Source: an uncultured Acidobacteriota bacterium
GTDB lineage: Bacteria; Acidobacteriota; Terriglobia; UBA7540
DNA: 64,000 nucleotides
NCBI GenBank assembly: GCA_963804995.1
Contig: CAWDSK010000003.1
Coordinates: 640,001 to 704,000 of the forward strand
Direction: 5' to 3'
The position numbers and the translations under genes are program-made. The notes below the pieces were generated by a model that had not been told where the DNA came from, did no database searches, and saw only the letters and a program-made list of their open reading frames with translations. Below, piece after piece: positions 1 to 11,008 of this stretch (its first letter is position 1; each line of letters opens with the position of its first letter).

Positions 1-924
1 ATCTATGGCAATATGGAGCCCGACATCGCCCATTACGTGGAGCGCAGCAAGCGCCAGACGATTATCGGCGGGGCGCCTTCGTCGTGGTCAGCAACGACCG
101 AGTACAATATCAGCAAGGATTTGATGTTCAGCGCTCTGGGTTGCAGCAATTTGCTCTGGTCAAAAAAGGTTTTGGGACTCCCGGAGATCGCGAAAATTAA
201 CCAGAGTTCCCTTCCCTGGCTGCGCCCTCGGCTGAGAGGCAGGGCTTTGCCCAGCGAAATGGGTGACATCGTGGCGCCGGTAGATATTTCTAATTCTTTC
301 AATGTATCAGCGGTGGAATCTACGCTGAAGATCGACCTTAGTGGAATGCGCGCGGGGCGTATGGCGAGCGGACCCCGCGTGTTCGAGTTGCCCGGGAATA
401 CCCAATCAGCGGTCATTGTAAGTGTGGAGGGGGCAACACCCAATTCCCTTCCCCGCGAGGTCACGGTGAAAGTCGGCGAAGCCGCTACGAGCCTGCTCTT
501 CCTGCACGCTTGTGCCAAGCCGGCGACGAATAAGGAAGGCTACCGGCTGATCTGGGATATGGTCGACACTGCGGATTTGCTGGGCTGGTATGAAGTTGTT
601 TATGAAGATGGCTTGCCTGAGATCATACCGATTCGCTATGGCGTGAACATCCAGGAGTGGAATTGGGGGCAGGTAGAGGCCTCCCGCAAGGGGTGTTACG
701 ACGCCGAAGCCCTGATTTGCGGAAAGGCGGGGGAGACACCGATCACGTTTTTTGCTTTCGAATGGGCGAGCCCACGCCTGGGGAAGGTCATCAAAGAGGT
801 ACGCCTTAAGGGTTCGACGGGTTTCCGCGGCGCTGTGCCAGGCTTTGAGAACGCATGGGGTGCGGTCATCCCCAACAACGCCGTAATCTTGAAAGCCCTG
901 AGCTATGTGAAGCCGCGAGGGTAA
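1..924 (+). CDS. C-terminal part of a large carbohydrate-active protein (possibly GH20/hexosaminidase-like); 5' end outside window
   Basis: Frame open from base 1 (IYGNMEP...); beta-rich C-terminal domain (LLFLHA...Y.VVYEDG...IPIRYG.NI.EW); sugar-catabolic neighbours. Family call tentative. Confidence 0.45.
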   Translation: MYGNMEPDIAHYVERSKRQTIIGGAPSSWSATTEYNISKDLMFSALGCSNLLWSKKVLGLPEIAKINQSSLPWLRPRLRGRALPSEMGDIVAPVDISNSFNVSAVESTLKIDLSGMRAGRMASGPRVFELPGNTQSAVIVSVEGATPNSLPREVTVKVGEAATSLLFLHACAKPATNKEGYRLIWDMVDTADLLGWYEVVYEDGLPEIIPIRYGVNIQEWNWGQVEASRKGCYDAEALICGKAGETPITFFAFEWASPRLGKVIKEVRLKGSTGFRGAVPGFENAWGAVIPNNAVILKALSYVKPRG

Positions 925-948
925 GCACGCGAAGGGAGAAGTGTAGGC

Positions 949-1926
949 ATGGGTCTAAACGATCATCGGCAAGCTACTGAGTCGTTGCACATCCGGGGGG
1001 TCGTGCCGATTATCCCCACGCCTTTCCGCGACGATCAGGAAATTGACTGGAAGAACCTGCACGCGCTGATCGACTTTGCTTGCGCCACGGGAGCTTGCGC
1101 GGTGTGTTTGCCTGCCTACGCAAGCGAGTTCTACAAGCTATCTGAGGAGGAGAGACGACAGGCCGTCGCGGAGGCGGTCGAGCATATGTCCGGTCGCCTT
1201 CCCGTGATCGCGCAGGTGAATTCGTTTTCTTCAAGACAAGCCCGGGAGACGGCGGTTGCGGCGCAGCAGGCAGGTGCGAGTGGCGTGGGCGTGTCGGTGC
1301 CGCGCCTATTCGCCTTAGCGGAACGCGACCTTTTCCGCTACTTCGACCGAATCCTCACGGCGATTGATATTCCTTTAGTGATTCAGGATTTTAATCCCGG
1401 CGGCCCAACTATAAGTACTGAGTTCATCGCAAAACTGCATGAGGTTCACCCGCACTTCCGCTACGTAAAACTCGAAGAACCCATGATGGCCACCAAAGTA
1501 ACGGCCATCGCTCAACGGACTTCCGGCAAGGTGGGAGTGCTGGAAGGCTGGGGAGGAATGTACATGCTGGAGCTGATTCCCGCGGGGATTTGCGGAATTA
1601 TGCCCAGCTTGGGGATAGCGGATGTTCTGGTTAAGGTGTTCCAGCTTGCAGAAGAGAATCGCCAAAATGAAGCGTATGAAATCTTCCAAGGGGTGCTGCC
1701 CCTGATTTCGTTCAGTCTCCAGAATCTGGAACTCCTTCACCATGTGGAGAAGTCTGTGCTCATGGCGCGCGGCATTATCGGCAATCCCGTGGTGAGAGAG
1801 GCTAACCTCGAACTCGGTCCCTTCGACAAACGACACATGGATTTTCTGATCGGCAAAATCCTGGAATTACTCAACCGCCTCGGGCTTTCCCGGAATCCCA
1901 ATGCTACAAGGTCGCCCGACGCATAG
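949..1926 (+). CDS. Dihydrodipicolinate synthase / N-acetylneuraminate lyase family aldolase
   Basis: GVVPIIPTPF, SEFYKLSEEER, GRLPVIA, Schiff-base Lys in YVKLEE. Confidence 0.85.
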   Translation: MGLNDHRQATESLHIRGVVPIIPTPFRDDQEIDWKNLHALIDFACATGACAVCLPAYASEFYKLSEEERRQAVAEAVEHMSGRLPVIAQVNSFSSRQARETAVAAQQAGASGVGVSVPRLFALAERDLFRYFDRILTAIDIPLVIQDFNPGGPTISTEFIAKLHEVHPHFRYVKLEEPMMATKVTAIAQRTSGKVGVLEGWGGMYMLELIPAGICGIMPSLGIADVLVKVFQLAEENRQNEAYEIFQGVLPLISFSLQNLELLHHVEKSVLMARGIIGNPVVREANLELGPFDKRHMDFLIGKILELLNRLGLSRNPNATRSPDA

Positions 1927-1946
1927 CTGCGGAAAGGACGGTTACC

Positions 1947-3581
1947 GTGAACGGTGCGGATTTATTGGTGCAGGAGCTACTCCAGCGGGGAGTGGCGTTT
2001 GTCTCCACCCTGTGCGGCCATGGCTTGAATCCATTTTTTGTGGCGTGCCACGCGCAAGGCTTAAGACTGGTCGACACTCGCAATGAACAAGCGGCCGCCT
2101 ATCTGGCCGAAGCCTATGGCCGCTTAAGCCGCCGGGTGGGAGTGTGCGCAGTCAGCAGTGGCGTGGCTCACGTGAACGCCTTGACGGGTGTGACCAATGC
2201 GCACTTCGATGGCTCGCCCATGCTCCTGCTGAGTGGCAGCGGCGCCGTGTCGACAATGGGCCTGGGCCATTTCCAGGATCTCAACCAGGTGGCAGTGGCC
2301 GCCCCGCTTTGCAAGTTCGCCGAAACGGTGACGGTACCGGAGCGCATTCCCCAGCTTGTCGAACAGGCTTTTGCGGCGGCTACTTCGGGACGGCCAGGAC
2401 CTGTGCACCTCACCATTCCCTTGGATGTTCAGAGCGCCGAGGTGAAACTGGAAAGCGTCGTGAAGTCGGCAACCCGCACTGCGAAGGTGGAGCAACATGC
2501 CTGCGGCGATCCGCAGGCAATCACCGAGGTTGTGAGGTTGTTGGGTGAAGCCAAGAGACCCCTGCTGGTCGCCGGCAGTGGGGTTTTTTATGCCGAGGGT
2601 GGGGAGGCTCTCGCGTCATTTGCGAAGGCCTGCGCGGTGCCTGTACTGGTGCCCATTTGGGACCGCGGTTCAGTTGACAAGCCTTTACTAGAGTTTATGG
2701 GGGTTGCAGGGGCTGCAACAGGGGGGCTGCGGCTGTTGGCGGACGCGGATCTGGTTATTCTGCTGGGCGTGCATTTTGATTACAGGATTGGATATCTCCA
2801 ACCCCCTGCGGTCCATCCCCAGGCGAAAGTTGTGCGCGTTGATGTTGACCCGTCTGAACTTAGCCGGGGAGTGAAAGCCCAGATCACGATCCAGGGTGAC
2901 GCGCGTTCAGTCTTGACGCAACTTCTGGAGGAAGCGCAAGGGCAGGGTACACAACCCCACACATCGTGGTTGAAAGAAGCTGAATCGAGACGAGAGCAAT
3001 TTCGCAAAAAGTGCTGGGACAACGCGCGCCGCCCTGCTGCTGGTTGTCACGCCATTGACATTTTGTCAGCCCTGCAAGCGGTCCTGACTGACGACACGGT
3101 GCTCCTGATTGATGGCGGCAACATCGGCCAGTGGGCGCACCAGATCCTGGTTGATCGCTACCCCGGGCACTGGCTTACCTGTGGAGCGAGCGCCGTGGTG
3201 GGATACGGATTGCCTGCGGCGATGGCCGCGCGGGTGATGTACCCGCAGCGTCCGGTCATTTTGCTGTCCGGTGATGGGGCACTGGGGTTCACGATTGCGG
3301 AATTAGAGGCAGCCGCTCGCCAAGGGATCAACTTTGTGGTTGTACTAGCGGATGACGCCGCCTGGGGCATCACGCTTACCGAACATGTGCGATCCTACGG
3401 TCACGGCTTGGCTAGCGAACTGGGGCCGGTACGTTTTGACCAAGTCGCGGAGGGCTTTGGGGTGATCGGCGTGCACGTATCAAAGCCCGAGGAGATTCAG
3501 CCGGCCATTGTTAAGGGTTTAGCGGAGAAGCGGCCAGTGCTTATCCACGTGCCGATTGTGAAGAGCAATCCGACCGACTGA
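1947..3581 (+). CDS. Thiamine diphosphate-dependent enzyme (acetolactate synthase large subunit-like superfamily)
   Basis: TRNEQAAAYLAEAYGR, GRPGPVHLTIPLD, GDGALG ThDP motif. Confidence 0.9.
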   Translation: MNGADLLVQELLQRGVAFVSTLCGHGLNPFFVACHAQGLRLVDTRNEQAAAYLAEAYGRLSRRVGVCAVSSGVAHVNALTGVTNAHFDGSPMLLLSGSGAVSTMGLGHFQDLNQVAVAAPLCKFAETVTVPERIPQLVEQAFAAATSGRPGPVHLTIPLDVQSAEVKLESVVKSATRTAKVEQHACGDPQAITEVVRLLGEAKRPLLVAGSGVFYAEGGEALASFAKACAVPVLVPIWDRGSVDKPLLEFMGVAGAATGGLRLLADADLVILLGVHFDYRIGYLQPPAVHPQAKVVRVDVDPSELSRGVKAQITIQGDARSVLTQLLEEAQGQGTQPHTSWLKEAESRREQFRKKCWDNARRPAAGCHAIDILSALQAVLTDDTVLLIDGGNIGQWAHQILVDRYPGHWLTCGASAVVGYGLPAAMAARVMYPQRPVILLSGDGALGFTIAELEAAARQGINFVVVLADDAAWGITLTEHVRSYGHGLASELGPVRFDQVAEGFGVIGVHVSKPEEIQPAIVKGLAEKRPVLIHVPIVKSNPTD

Positions 3582-3593
3582 GTGTTTTCGACG

Positions 3594-3907
3594 AGTAACC
3601 CCTCACCCGTCCTCCTACGTCGGCCACCCTCTCCCCTCGGAGAGGGCTATGATTCCCGCCTTTGCCATGTATGTGTCAAAGCAGTCCTGAGCCCTTTACA
3701 AGTAACCCCTCACCCGTCCCGCCCCGGCTGGTGAAAACGCCGGTTGCGGTCCACCCTCTCCCGCCACGGCGGATCTGCGACCCCTCGGAGAGGGCTATGA
3801 TTCTTAACTTTGCCACGTAAGAATCAAAGCAATCCTATGCCCGCCGAGTGACCCCTCACCCGTCCTCCTACGTCGGCCACCCTCTCCCCTTGGAGAGGGC
3901 TATGATT
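3594..3907. repeat. Three tandem palindromic intergenic repeats (CCCCTCACCCG...CCCTCTCCC...GAGAGGGCTATGATT)
   Basis: Units at about 3594-3654, 3701-3803 and 3846-3907 with related linkers; same family at about 8230-8307, 17549-17630, 44030-44108, 44357-44432, 48271-48350. Confidence 0.85.
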
Positions 3908-3930
3908 TTCGCCATGCGCAGACAGGCGCC

Positions 3931-3969
3931 AAAAAAAATCCTGAGGCCGCGGGAGCGACCTCAGGATTT
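3931..3969 (-). terminator. Rho-independent terminator downstream of TonB receptor 1
   Basis: ATCCTGAGG/CCTCAGGAT stem with an A8 run on + (U-tract on -). Confidence 0.65.
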
Positions 3970-4095
3970 GTACGTCAAAATCAACAACTTTCAGGATTCC
4001 TGGTCATCCGCTTTCAGCCTGCCCGGCCAACCTATCCCGACGTTCGGGATTGGGAAGCCAGCCTCTACGAAAGGCCAGCAGCGGACGCCCCAGGG

Positions 4096-7000
4096 TTAGT
4101 ACACGAATTTCAGCCCCAACTGAAGCTGCCGCATGCTGGTGTTGGTGCCTGTGATCGTCCCAAAGTTCGAGGAACTGTAATCCGAATTCCAAAATGCGAA
4201 GCTCGGGTGATTGGTCGCGTTGAAAGCTTCAAAACGAAGTTGGATGTACTTTCCCTCCCGGATCACAAACCGCTTCATGATATTCGTGTCAAAGTTGCCG
4301 AGCCACGGTCCGATCACGGTATTTCGCCCCACGTTACCGTAGCAATAACAGTTAGGAACCATGTACGCAGCGGGGTTGATCCATTCATGAATGCTCGGGT
4401 TGGGGGGCCTTAGGGGTAATATCCCCGAGTAGCTGGGACGATCATAGCCCCCTTCTGAGTTATTCACCTGGTCTACATCAGTGGTCAAGTCGACGGGGAA
4501 GCCGGTCTCCATGGTGAGAATTCCCCCCACTTCCCAGCCGCCCAGAATGGCATTGACCACGCCACCCTGATTCAAGAAGTGGCGGCCCTTGCCAGCGGGC
4601 AGATCATACAGGAACGACGTGACGGCCCGGTGCTCCACATGCAAATTCGATAAGCCACGATCGGCATTCAAATTATAGGGATCCTGCGGGAAAAGGCTGT
4701 CCCCAGCGTGTTCCCGAACGGCACTCCCATTGTCGATGTCCTTGCTCCATGTGTAAACCTGGTTCAGGGACAGACCATGCGAGGTCTTCTTGGATAGTCT
4801 GACCGATAACGCGTGATAGTTTCCACTGACAAAGGGTTCATTCCCCTGGATGACCCCAAAGGTCGGGTACGGTCTCCGGGGTGTCACAGGGCCAGGACCA
4901 GGGATGGGGGGATCGTTACCATCGATCAGTTTCCAGAGGGAGTGACTCATGTTACCCATGTACCCTACCGTGATCATCGTGGTGGGAGTAAGCTGCCGCT
5001 GCACGTCGAAGAGGTACTGATAGACGTAAGGAGTATGCAAGTTGGGACCCTCGGCCAGCGTGAAGGGAGCCTTCACAGTTTGTCCTCCGGCAGACCCAAG
5101 GGGGATTTCGAAGCTGAGGTCGAGTTTCGCTGCATCATACCCAATCTGGCGGCGCGCCGCCAGGTTCCGTCCCTCATCAAACATATAGTTAGCCATGTCC
5201 TGCGTGTAGAACATGCCGCCGCCTAGCCGGATAATCCAATTGGGGGACACACTATAAGCAATTCCCAGGCGCGGAGCAAAATCATCCTTCCATACGCAAT
5301 ACCCTGCATTCCCCATGCAGGGAATATCACTCGTTCTGGCGGTGATGAGCCCCCCCCCAAATGTAAAATTCGCCGGAATCTTATCGTAGAAGTTGCCCTT
5401 CCCCGGGCGAACCTCCACCGCGATATCCGTCCCGGGCACCCCTGTCACGGTCCCTCCTGTCACGGGATTAACGCCAATCACTGACTGGTTGGCGGGAGGG
5501 TACCAAATATTCGCTGTGTTGTTGTGCTTTTCAACATAGGGGGAAACATATTCATATCGCACCCCCATGCTGATCGTGAGTTTGGGCGTAACCTTCCAAG
5601 TGTCATCAATAAAGTAGGCTTGGGAGGTGTTGCGCAATTCCGTCTGCGCCAGGGCCAGGGCGCCGTCGAACAGAGAATCTATGCCCAACATGTAGTCCGC
5701 CGAGCCAATGCCCCCGTTGAAATCCGGCGGACCGGTGGAGGTGGCGGCGTTACTGAAGAAGCTAAACGAACCACGAATGAAGGAATTGCCTGCGGAATTG
5801 AATTGGTCACGGCGAATATCCGCGCCCATCCGGAGGGAGTGTTTCCCGTGGACTTTGGCCAAGGTGTCAGCCCACTGGAAGGTGTTGTCCCAAATCAGGA
5901 AGGGGACATCAGAACTGTCGCCCCATCCCGACACATCGCTGGGCCCGATTGACGGGAGGCCGTAGATCGCGGGGTAGGGTGTGGCAACTCCCGCGAAGCC
6001 GCCCAACTGCCCAACGACGTTATTAGTCGTGTAGGCGTTAAAGTTCAGGACGCCATTGATCAGGCGGTTGTAGCCAAACCGGAAATCGTTCACCAACGTG
6101 GGATTGATGGTTCGCACGTTCGACAGCACAAATTGAAAGGCGTGGGTGGCGAGGCGAGTGTTCACGTTGTCAATCGGCCCGTTGATGACTTGGCCCACCT
6201 CAGCGCTCTGGCTATAGCGGCCAAACCAGGAGGAATTGGCGCTCTGGTTGAAGTCGCCCCGGACCGTGTATTCGTCGTTCACCTGGGTTTGCGGGAAGTT
6301 GGCAAACAGATTGTTTCCAGTCAACGCCGTGGTGGTGGGCAGGGGCTCGTAGGCCAGAAGCTTAAGGGCAAAGGGATCGAGACGCGAGGGACCTGGGCAA
6401 TTGCTCCCATTGGGAATCATATTGGCCCCACCGCATTCGCTGGCAAACGTCTTGACGCTAACCACCGAATTCCCGTCCGGACTCAGCACCCGAGTGGCGG
6501 GATCATAGAGCGTAGGGTAACCCCCACCCGCAGCCGTATAATCCCCTTGGCGCTGCGCTGGGGTCATCGCAATACCCGCTTGGGGCGAGGCTACGCTTGA
6601 CCGGAAGCCTTCGTAATTGAACATAAAGAAGGCCTTGTTCCGGCCATCGAACACTTTGGGGATGTACACCGGCCCCCCCACCACACCTCCAAACTGGTTT
6701 TGGTGCAGGATGTTTCCTGGAGGGCAAGTCCCCTCGAAGTTGAAGCAGTAGGCTTGGGCGTCCGTAGAAGAATTTCGCACGAATTCGAAGAGGGACCCGT
6801 GGAGGGTGTTGGTGCCGGCCTTCGTGGAAACGTTGATTTGGGCCGTCCCGCGGCCGAATTCCGCCGGGAAGACGCCGGTTTGGATCTCTGAACTCCTGGA
6901 TGGCGTCGATGGACGGCAGGAAGGTGTAAGTGTTAAAACTTACGTCCGTATTGCTGATTCCATCGATCGAGTAATAGTCAAATTCGGGGCGGCCCCCAGC

Positions 7001-7561
7001 CACCGAGATGTCCTCGTTGTTGCGGGTGCCACCCATACGGCTGGTCGCCGCGCCCACATCCGGAGAATACCCGTACATCACGTTGGCGTCGAGGGCGGTC
7101 AATGACAAGAAGTTGCGACCGTCCAAGGGAAGGTCTACAATGCGTTCGTTTTCAATCACCGAGCCTACCGTGGCGTTTTCGGTGTTCAGGGCGATCGCAG
7201 AGCCCGCAACCTCAATCACTTGCGTGACCTGCCCGACCTGCATCGTGAAGTTCAAGCGCCGAGCTTGCTGCACCTGCAACTCCACACCTTTGGTTACCGC
7301 CGTCTGGAAGCCCTTCACCTCAACGCTGACGGTGTAAAGGCCAGGCACCAGGGCGGGAATGTCATAGACACCCGCGTTGTCCGATTCGACGACACGCATA
7401 CCATGCGTGCCCTCGTTGGTGGCAGTGACCTTAGCGCCCGGAATCGATGCCTCGGAAGAATCGGTGATGGTTCCGGTAATAGAAGCTTCAGTTTGAGCCC
7501 ATAGGTTAAAGCCCGCAGCTAAAGCGACAAACAGTCCGAATGCAACTAACACCCTTCTCAT
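4096..7561 (-). CDS. Oar-like TonB-dependent receptor with carboxypeptidase-regulatory-like N-domain (copy 1); split by a 1-nt insertion at about 6888
   Basis: Signal peptide, LPLDGRNF, SIDAIQEF, C-terminal RQLQLGLKFVY; GGATCTCTGAAC here vs GGATCTTGAAC in the paralog. Confidence 0.9.
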
Positions 7562-8134
7562 GTCGCCTCCTCTGAAAATGTAGGTTTGTGGCTACTGCAT
7601 ACTGCGCACGCGCCGTCCAAATTCAAAAACGTCTCCGCCGGGAGAGTGTGAATAGGTGAAGCCAGCTAACCTTGCATATTCTGTACTGTTGAAAACTTAA
7701 ATGACTACCTGCGTCCAGTGTTCACATACCGTGATCTACCACAACCAGATGAAAAGATCGCGAGCACGAACGTGGCCAAAGATTAGTATTATCTAATTGA
7801 ATGAAAACACAGTGATTACGTTCTATTTATCGAAATCGCACGGCTATCCTGATATGACTTTTGGTAGACCATATTCCAATATCTAAATTGACCCGAAAAG
7901 GTTGGCAGGATTTTTGAATGGCAAGGGGATGAGCAGTGACATTATGTCGTATTATGATTATGACATATGCTATGTCTCGATATAGCATACTGCAAAATAC
8001 GTCCTGTCCCGTAGCAGTCGAAACAGAAGGGGTTCATCGTCTGCCTCGAAAGGACGGCATCGACAATGATTAAAGCAGAGCAGGGGGCGTGGAATCGGGA
8101 TCCTTTGAAGGCAGGTCGATGCGGTTTCGGGAGG

Positions 8135-8347
8135 CTAGTGTGGTGTCCCGGTTAATATTTGACAAGGCTGTCCGACCCCCTCACCCCCCAACCCCTCTGT
8201 CGCCGCGGCGACCGAGGGGAGAGTCAATTTTCTTGCCCTCGCCCCTTTGGGGGAGAGGGTGGCTGGCCGAGGCGTTCTCATCAGCCGAGGCCAGACGGGT
8301 GAGGGGGTTCTACCCATTGTCAACTCTAACACGGGACACCACACTAG
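8135..8347. mobile_element. MITE-like element with CTAG-ended terminal inverted repeats enclosing palindromic repeats
   Basis: Left CTAGTGTGGTGTCCCG(GTTAATATTTGACAA); right end reverse-complemented CTAGTGTGGTGTCCCG(TGTTAGAGTTGACAA); 16-bp perfect TIR, no transposase. Confidence 0.7.
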
Positions 8348-8369
8348 GGGCGGCGACATCTGATGCCCC

Positions 8370-9935
8370 TCAGCGCGTGGCATCGGGGAGTGTCCGCAGA
8401 AGGGTATCGTCTCCCGAGGGTTGGGAGGATGCGCCAAGTTTCTTCTGCTGAGCCAGCACCTCCGCAGCCCGGGAAGCCTGGCCTGTCTCTGAATAGATCT
8501 GGGCAAGTTCCGTATAGGCCTCGGAGTATTCCGGCTCGAGCTGAATGACCGTGTTCAGATCGGCAATTGCCTTTTCCTTCTGACCCTGAGCTTGGAGCGA
8601 TTTGGCCCGCCAATAATAACTGACCGCATCCTTGGGGTCGCCACGCAAGGCACGGTCGAACTGCTCACCGGCCAGGGCCACCTTCCCGCTGTCGTAAAGA
8701 GCGATGCCGAGCTGGCGATGGAAGAAGGCGTTATCAGGAGCCAAATCGACCGCTTTGGAGAAATCAATTCTAGCCGCCTCATATTGCTTTTCATTTAGCT
8801 TGACGATTCCACTCAACACGTAGGCGGCCGCATACTTGGGGTCAAGTTGCAGCGCCTGTTGGCAGGCACTTTCGGCTTGTTCAGACTTCCCCAGAAAGAA
8901 GTAACTCACCCCCATCCGATAGGGTACCCAAGGTGCTCGGGGAAATATGGAACGAGCTTTCGCGAGGGTAGTGATGGCGGCTTCATAATGGCCCTGAAGG
9001 TTTTGTAACCAGGCGTAGGTTGCCAGGCACTCCGGGTCACGGGGGGCATCGTTGAGCGCAAGTCGCAGGTCATCTTCGGCTGATTTCAAATCGCCTAGCA
9101 AGGCCCGGGTCTCTCCCATCACCAGCAGGTACCCCGTGCTTTTTCGGTCAGCCGGGGCCATGCCCTGGAGAACGGCCACGGCCTCGATGGGTTCCCCGGC
9201 CAGCAAACTCGCCTTGGCGAGCAGCAGGGCAACATCAGGATCATTGGGCATCACCTCCTTGGCGTCTTCGAGCAGCTCCCGCGCTCTTTGCACTGCTCGA
9301 TAGCGGAGGCAGGTAGTCGCCAGGGTCACGTCCAAACGCGCGTCATCAGGAAAGTTCTCCACCGCGTTCCGCGTGGAAGTAACGGCCTTCGTAGAATCGC
9401 CCGCCGCAAATTGAGCCTGCACCAGCAGCACCCAAAAACGCGCTTCGGGGGCCGTCTGCACCAGCGTTTTCTGCATCACTTCGGCGGCCTCCTGGGGATG
9501 ACCTGACGACAGCAGCGCCGTACCCAAGCCGAAGCGGGCGGCAGAGTATTTGGGGTCCAGATCGATGGCATGTTGGAACGCCACTTTGGCGGCATCGACC
9601 CGGTTCACCTGCATCTCCATGACCCCGAGATTGTAATAGGCGATGGCGGTCCGATTCCCCAATTGAATGGACTTCTGCAGGTGGGTAATGGCCATGTTGA
9701 CTTGGCCGCCAGCCGCTTCCGCGTTCGCCAGGAAATTGTAATTATCGGCAGAAGGCTCGCGCTGAACTAACAGAAGAAGGGCTTGCCGGGCGGCCGCAAA
9801 GTCCTGGGCTTGCATGGCCTGAACGGCGCGCTGCCGAAGGTCATCATTGGTTTCAGCCAGGGTCCGATTTGTGGGGGAATAAAGAACGGAAAGGGCCAGG
9901 AGTAAGAGGATGCTGCTTGCCCGGGTCGGCCTCAC
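8370..9935 (-). CDS. Secreted tetratricopeptide-repeat protein
   Basis: Signal peptide and many TPR units (AYYNLG...A...F..AI.LDP). Confidence 0.9.
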   Translation of the reverse strand: MRPTRASSILLLLALSVLYSPTNRTLAETNDDLRQRAVQAMQAQDFAAARQALLLLVQREPSADNYNFLANAEAAGGQVNMAITHLQKSIQLGNRTAIAYYNLGVMEMQVNRVDAAKVAFQHAIDLDPKYSAARFGLGTALLSSGHPQEAAEVMQKTLVQTAPEARFWVLLVQAQFAAGDSTKAVTSTRNAVENFPDDARLDVTLATTCLRYRAVQRARELLEDAKEVMPNDPDVALLLAKASLLAGEPIEAVAVLQGMAPADRKSTGYLLVMGETRALLGDLKSAEDDLRLALNDAPRDPECLATYAWLQNLQGHYEAAITTLAKARSIFPRAPWVPYRMGVSYFFLGKSEQAESACQQALQLDPKYAAAYVLSGIVKLNEKQYEAARIDFSKAVDLAPDNAFFHRQLGIALYDSGKVALAGEQFDRALRGDPKDAVSYYWRAKSLQAQGQKEKAIADLNTVIQLEPEYSEAYTELAQIYSETGQASRAAEVLAQQKKLGASSQPSGDDTLLRTLPDATR

Positions 9936-10759
9936 TTGGAACCCCGCGCCGTCCTTAGGCGGAGGGCTTTTTCGCGCAAAGCATCGAGTTCAGGAATTTG
10001 CAGATTCTGCGCTTTGATCAACGCCATTTGGCCGGGAGAGAACCACCCTTTGCCGTCGGCATATTGGATGAGCATCGACTTCGTCCGGTATTGCTCGTCG
10101 GTCAAGTCCACCACTCGGTAATTCGCTTGGTGGCGGCTGTAGTCGAAATCCAACCCCGCCTCGGGGTCATGGATGCTGTAGCGGATGTTCTGGACATACT
10201 GAAGCAGGTTCGAGAAATGGTCGGCAGCCGCCACCATGGGCATGGGGGGCGTGGATAGGCCCCAGTTGCGATCCACCAGCATGTCTACGATGCCGGGAAT
10301 GGAAACCTTGTAAAGGTGCCCGTCTATCACGTCGGCATTAAGCTTGACAACCTGCACGTGCGGAGGGGTTGAAGACATGGTGGATTTCAGGGCCATAAAG
10401 GCAGCCTGACGCTCCGTGCTATCGGATGAGCTAAAGTAAAGGTTAGCAAGCTCTTGGTAATCGACGGCACACATCCCTCCACTACTCACCAAGTTCATAC
10501 CATCGAGATTCACATTTTCGTAATGACCTTGCTTGATCCACAGGAAAAGGGTGGCTTCACAATGACCGAAGCTCGGCCTGCCATTGGAACGGCAGGGACA
10601 CGGAACCGTACACGGACAGCAGACCACGCCTTCTCCCTTGAGGCTCCAGGGATGCGCCGCTCCCGCCGATTCTCCACCGGGTGGCTTGGCAAATAGAGCC
10701 GCGTTCAATATCAAGGATAAGAGGGTGATCGCCGTCCGCGTGGATGCTCTCATCGTCAT
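9932..10759 (-). CDS. DUF1326-like Cys-rich secreted protein
   Basis: W.LKGE..VCCPCTVPCPC..NG.P..GHCE...W.I..GHY..V.LDG pattern; signal peptide; 4-nt overlap with the TPR gene. Confidence 0.7.
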   Translation of the reverse strand: MTMRASTRTAITLLSLILNAALFAKPPGGESAGAAHPWSLKGEGVVCCPCTVPCPCRSNGRPSFGHCEATLFLWIKQGHYENVNLDGMNLVSSGGMCAVDYQELANLYFSSSDSTERQAAFMALKSTMSSTPPHVQVVKLNADVIDGHLYKVSIPGIVDMLVDRNWGLSTPPMPMVAAADHFSNLLQYVQNIRYSIHDPEAGLDFDYSRHQANYRVVDLTDEQYRTKSMLIQYADGKGWFSPGQMALIKAQNLQIPELDALREKALRLRTARGSK

Positions 10760-10878
10760 GCTTATTTGATGACCGCCGGTTGAAAAGGTTAGAGGCACTT
10801 GGAGCCGCAGCAACCTGGTCCCCAAACACCTATTTTACGATGGGATGAGCGCGGTGGCAAACTTTTAAGGTCCGGGAG

Positions 10879-10962
10879 TTACTCATCTGACGTGGCAGCG
10901 GCGTCCCGCCCGTGAAGGGTTACGGCCAGGGTGGCCGCGCCACGTCAAAATGAGTCACTACC
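10879..10962. repeat. Inverted REP-like pair with TCAAAATGAGTCACTACC-type end
   Basis: ACTCATCTGACGTGGC...GCCACGTCAAAATGAGT inverted arms. Confidence 0.55.
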
Positions 10963-11008
10963 TTAAGGTTCGGGATTCCTCTCGTCCATCAAGAGGGAAT
11001 CCCAAGGG

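Noticed and set aside
3594..3907. Possible CRISPR array
   Set aside because: Units are long and variable, linkers resemble each other, and there are no cas genes; this is a hairpin repeat cluster
6880..6895. Programmed frameshift or phase variation in receptor 1
   Set aside because: No slippery heptamer or long repeat tract; one of five similar isolated indels
7620..8000. AT-rich region with small palindromes as ncRNA or foreign DNA
   Set aside because: Consistent with an ordinary promoter region, like 14600-14850; no defined motif could be supported
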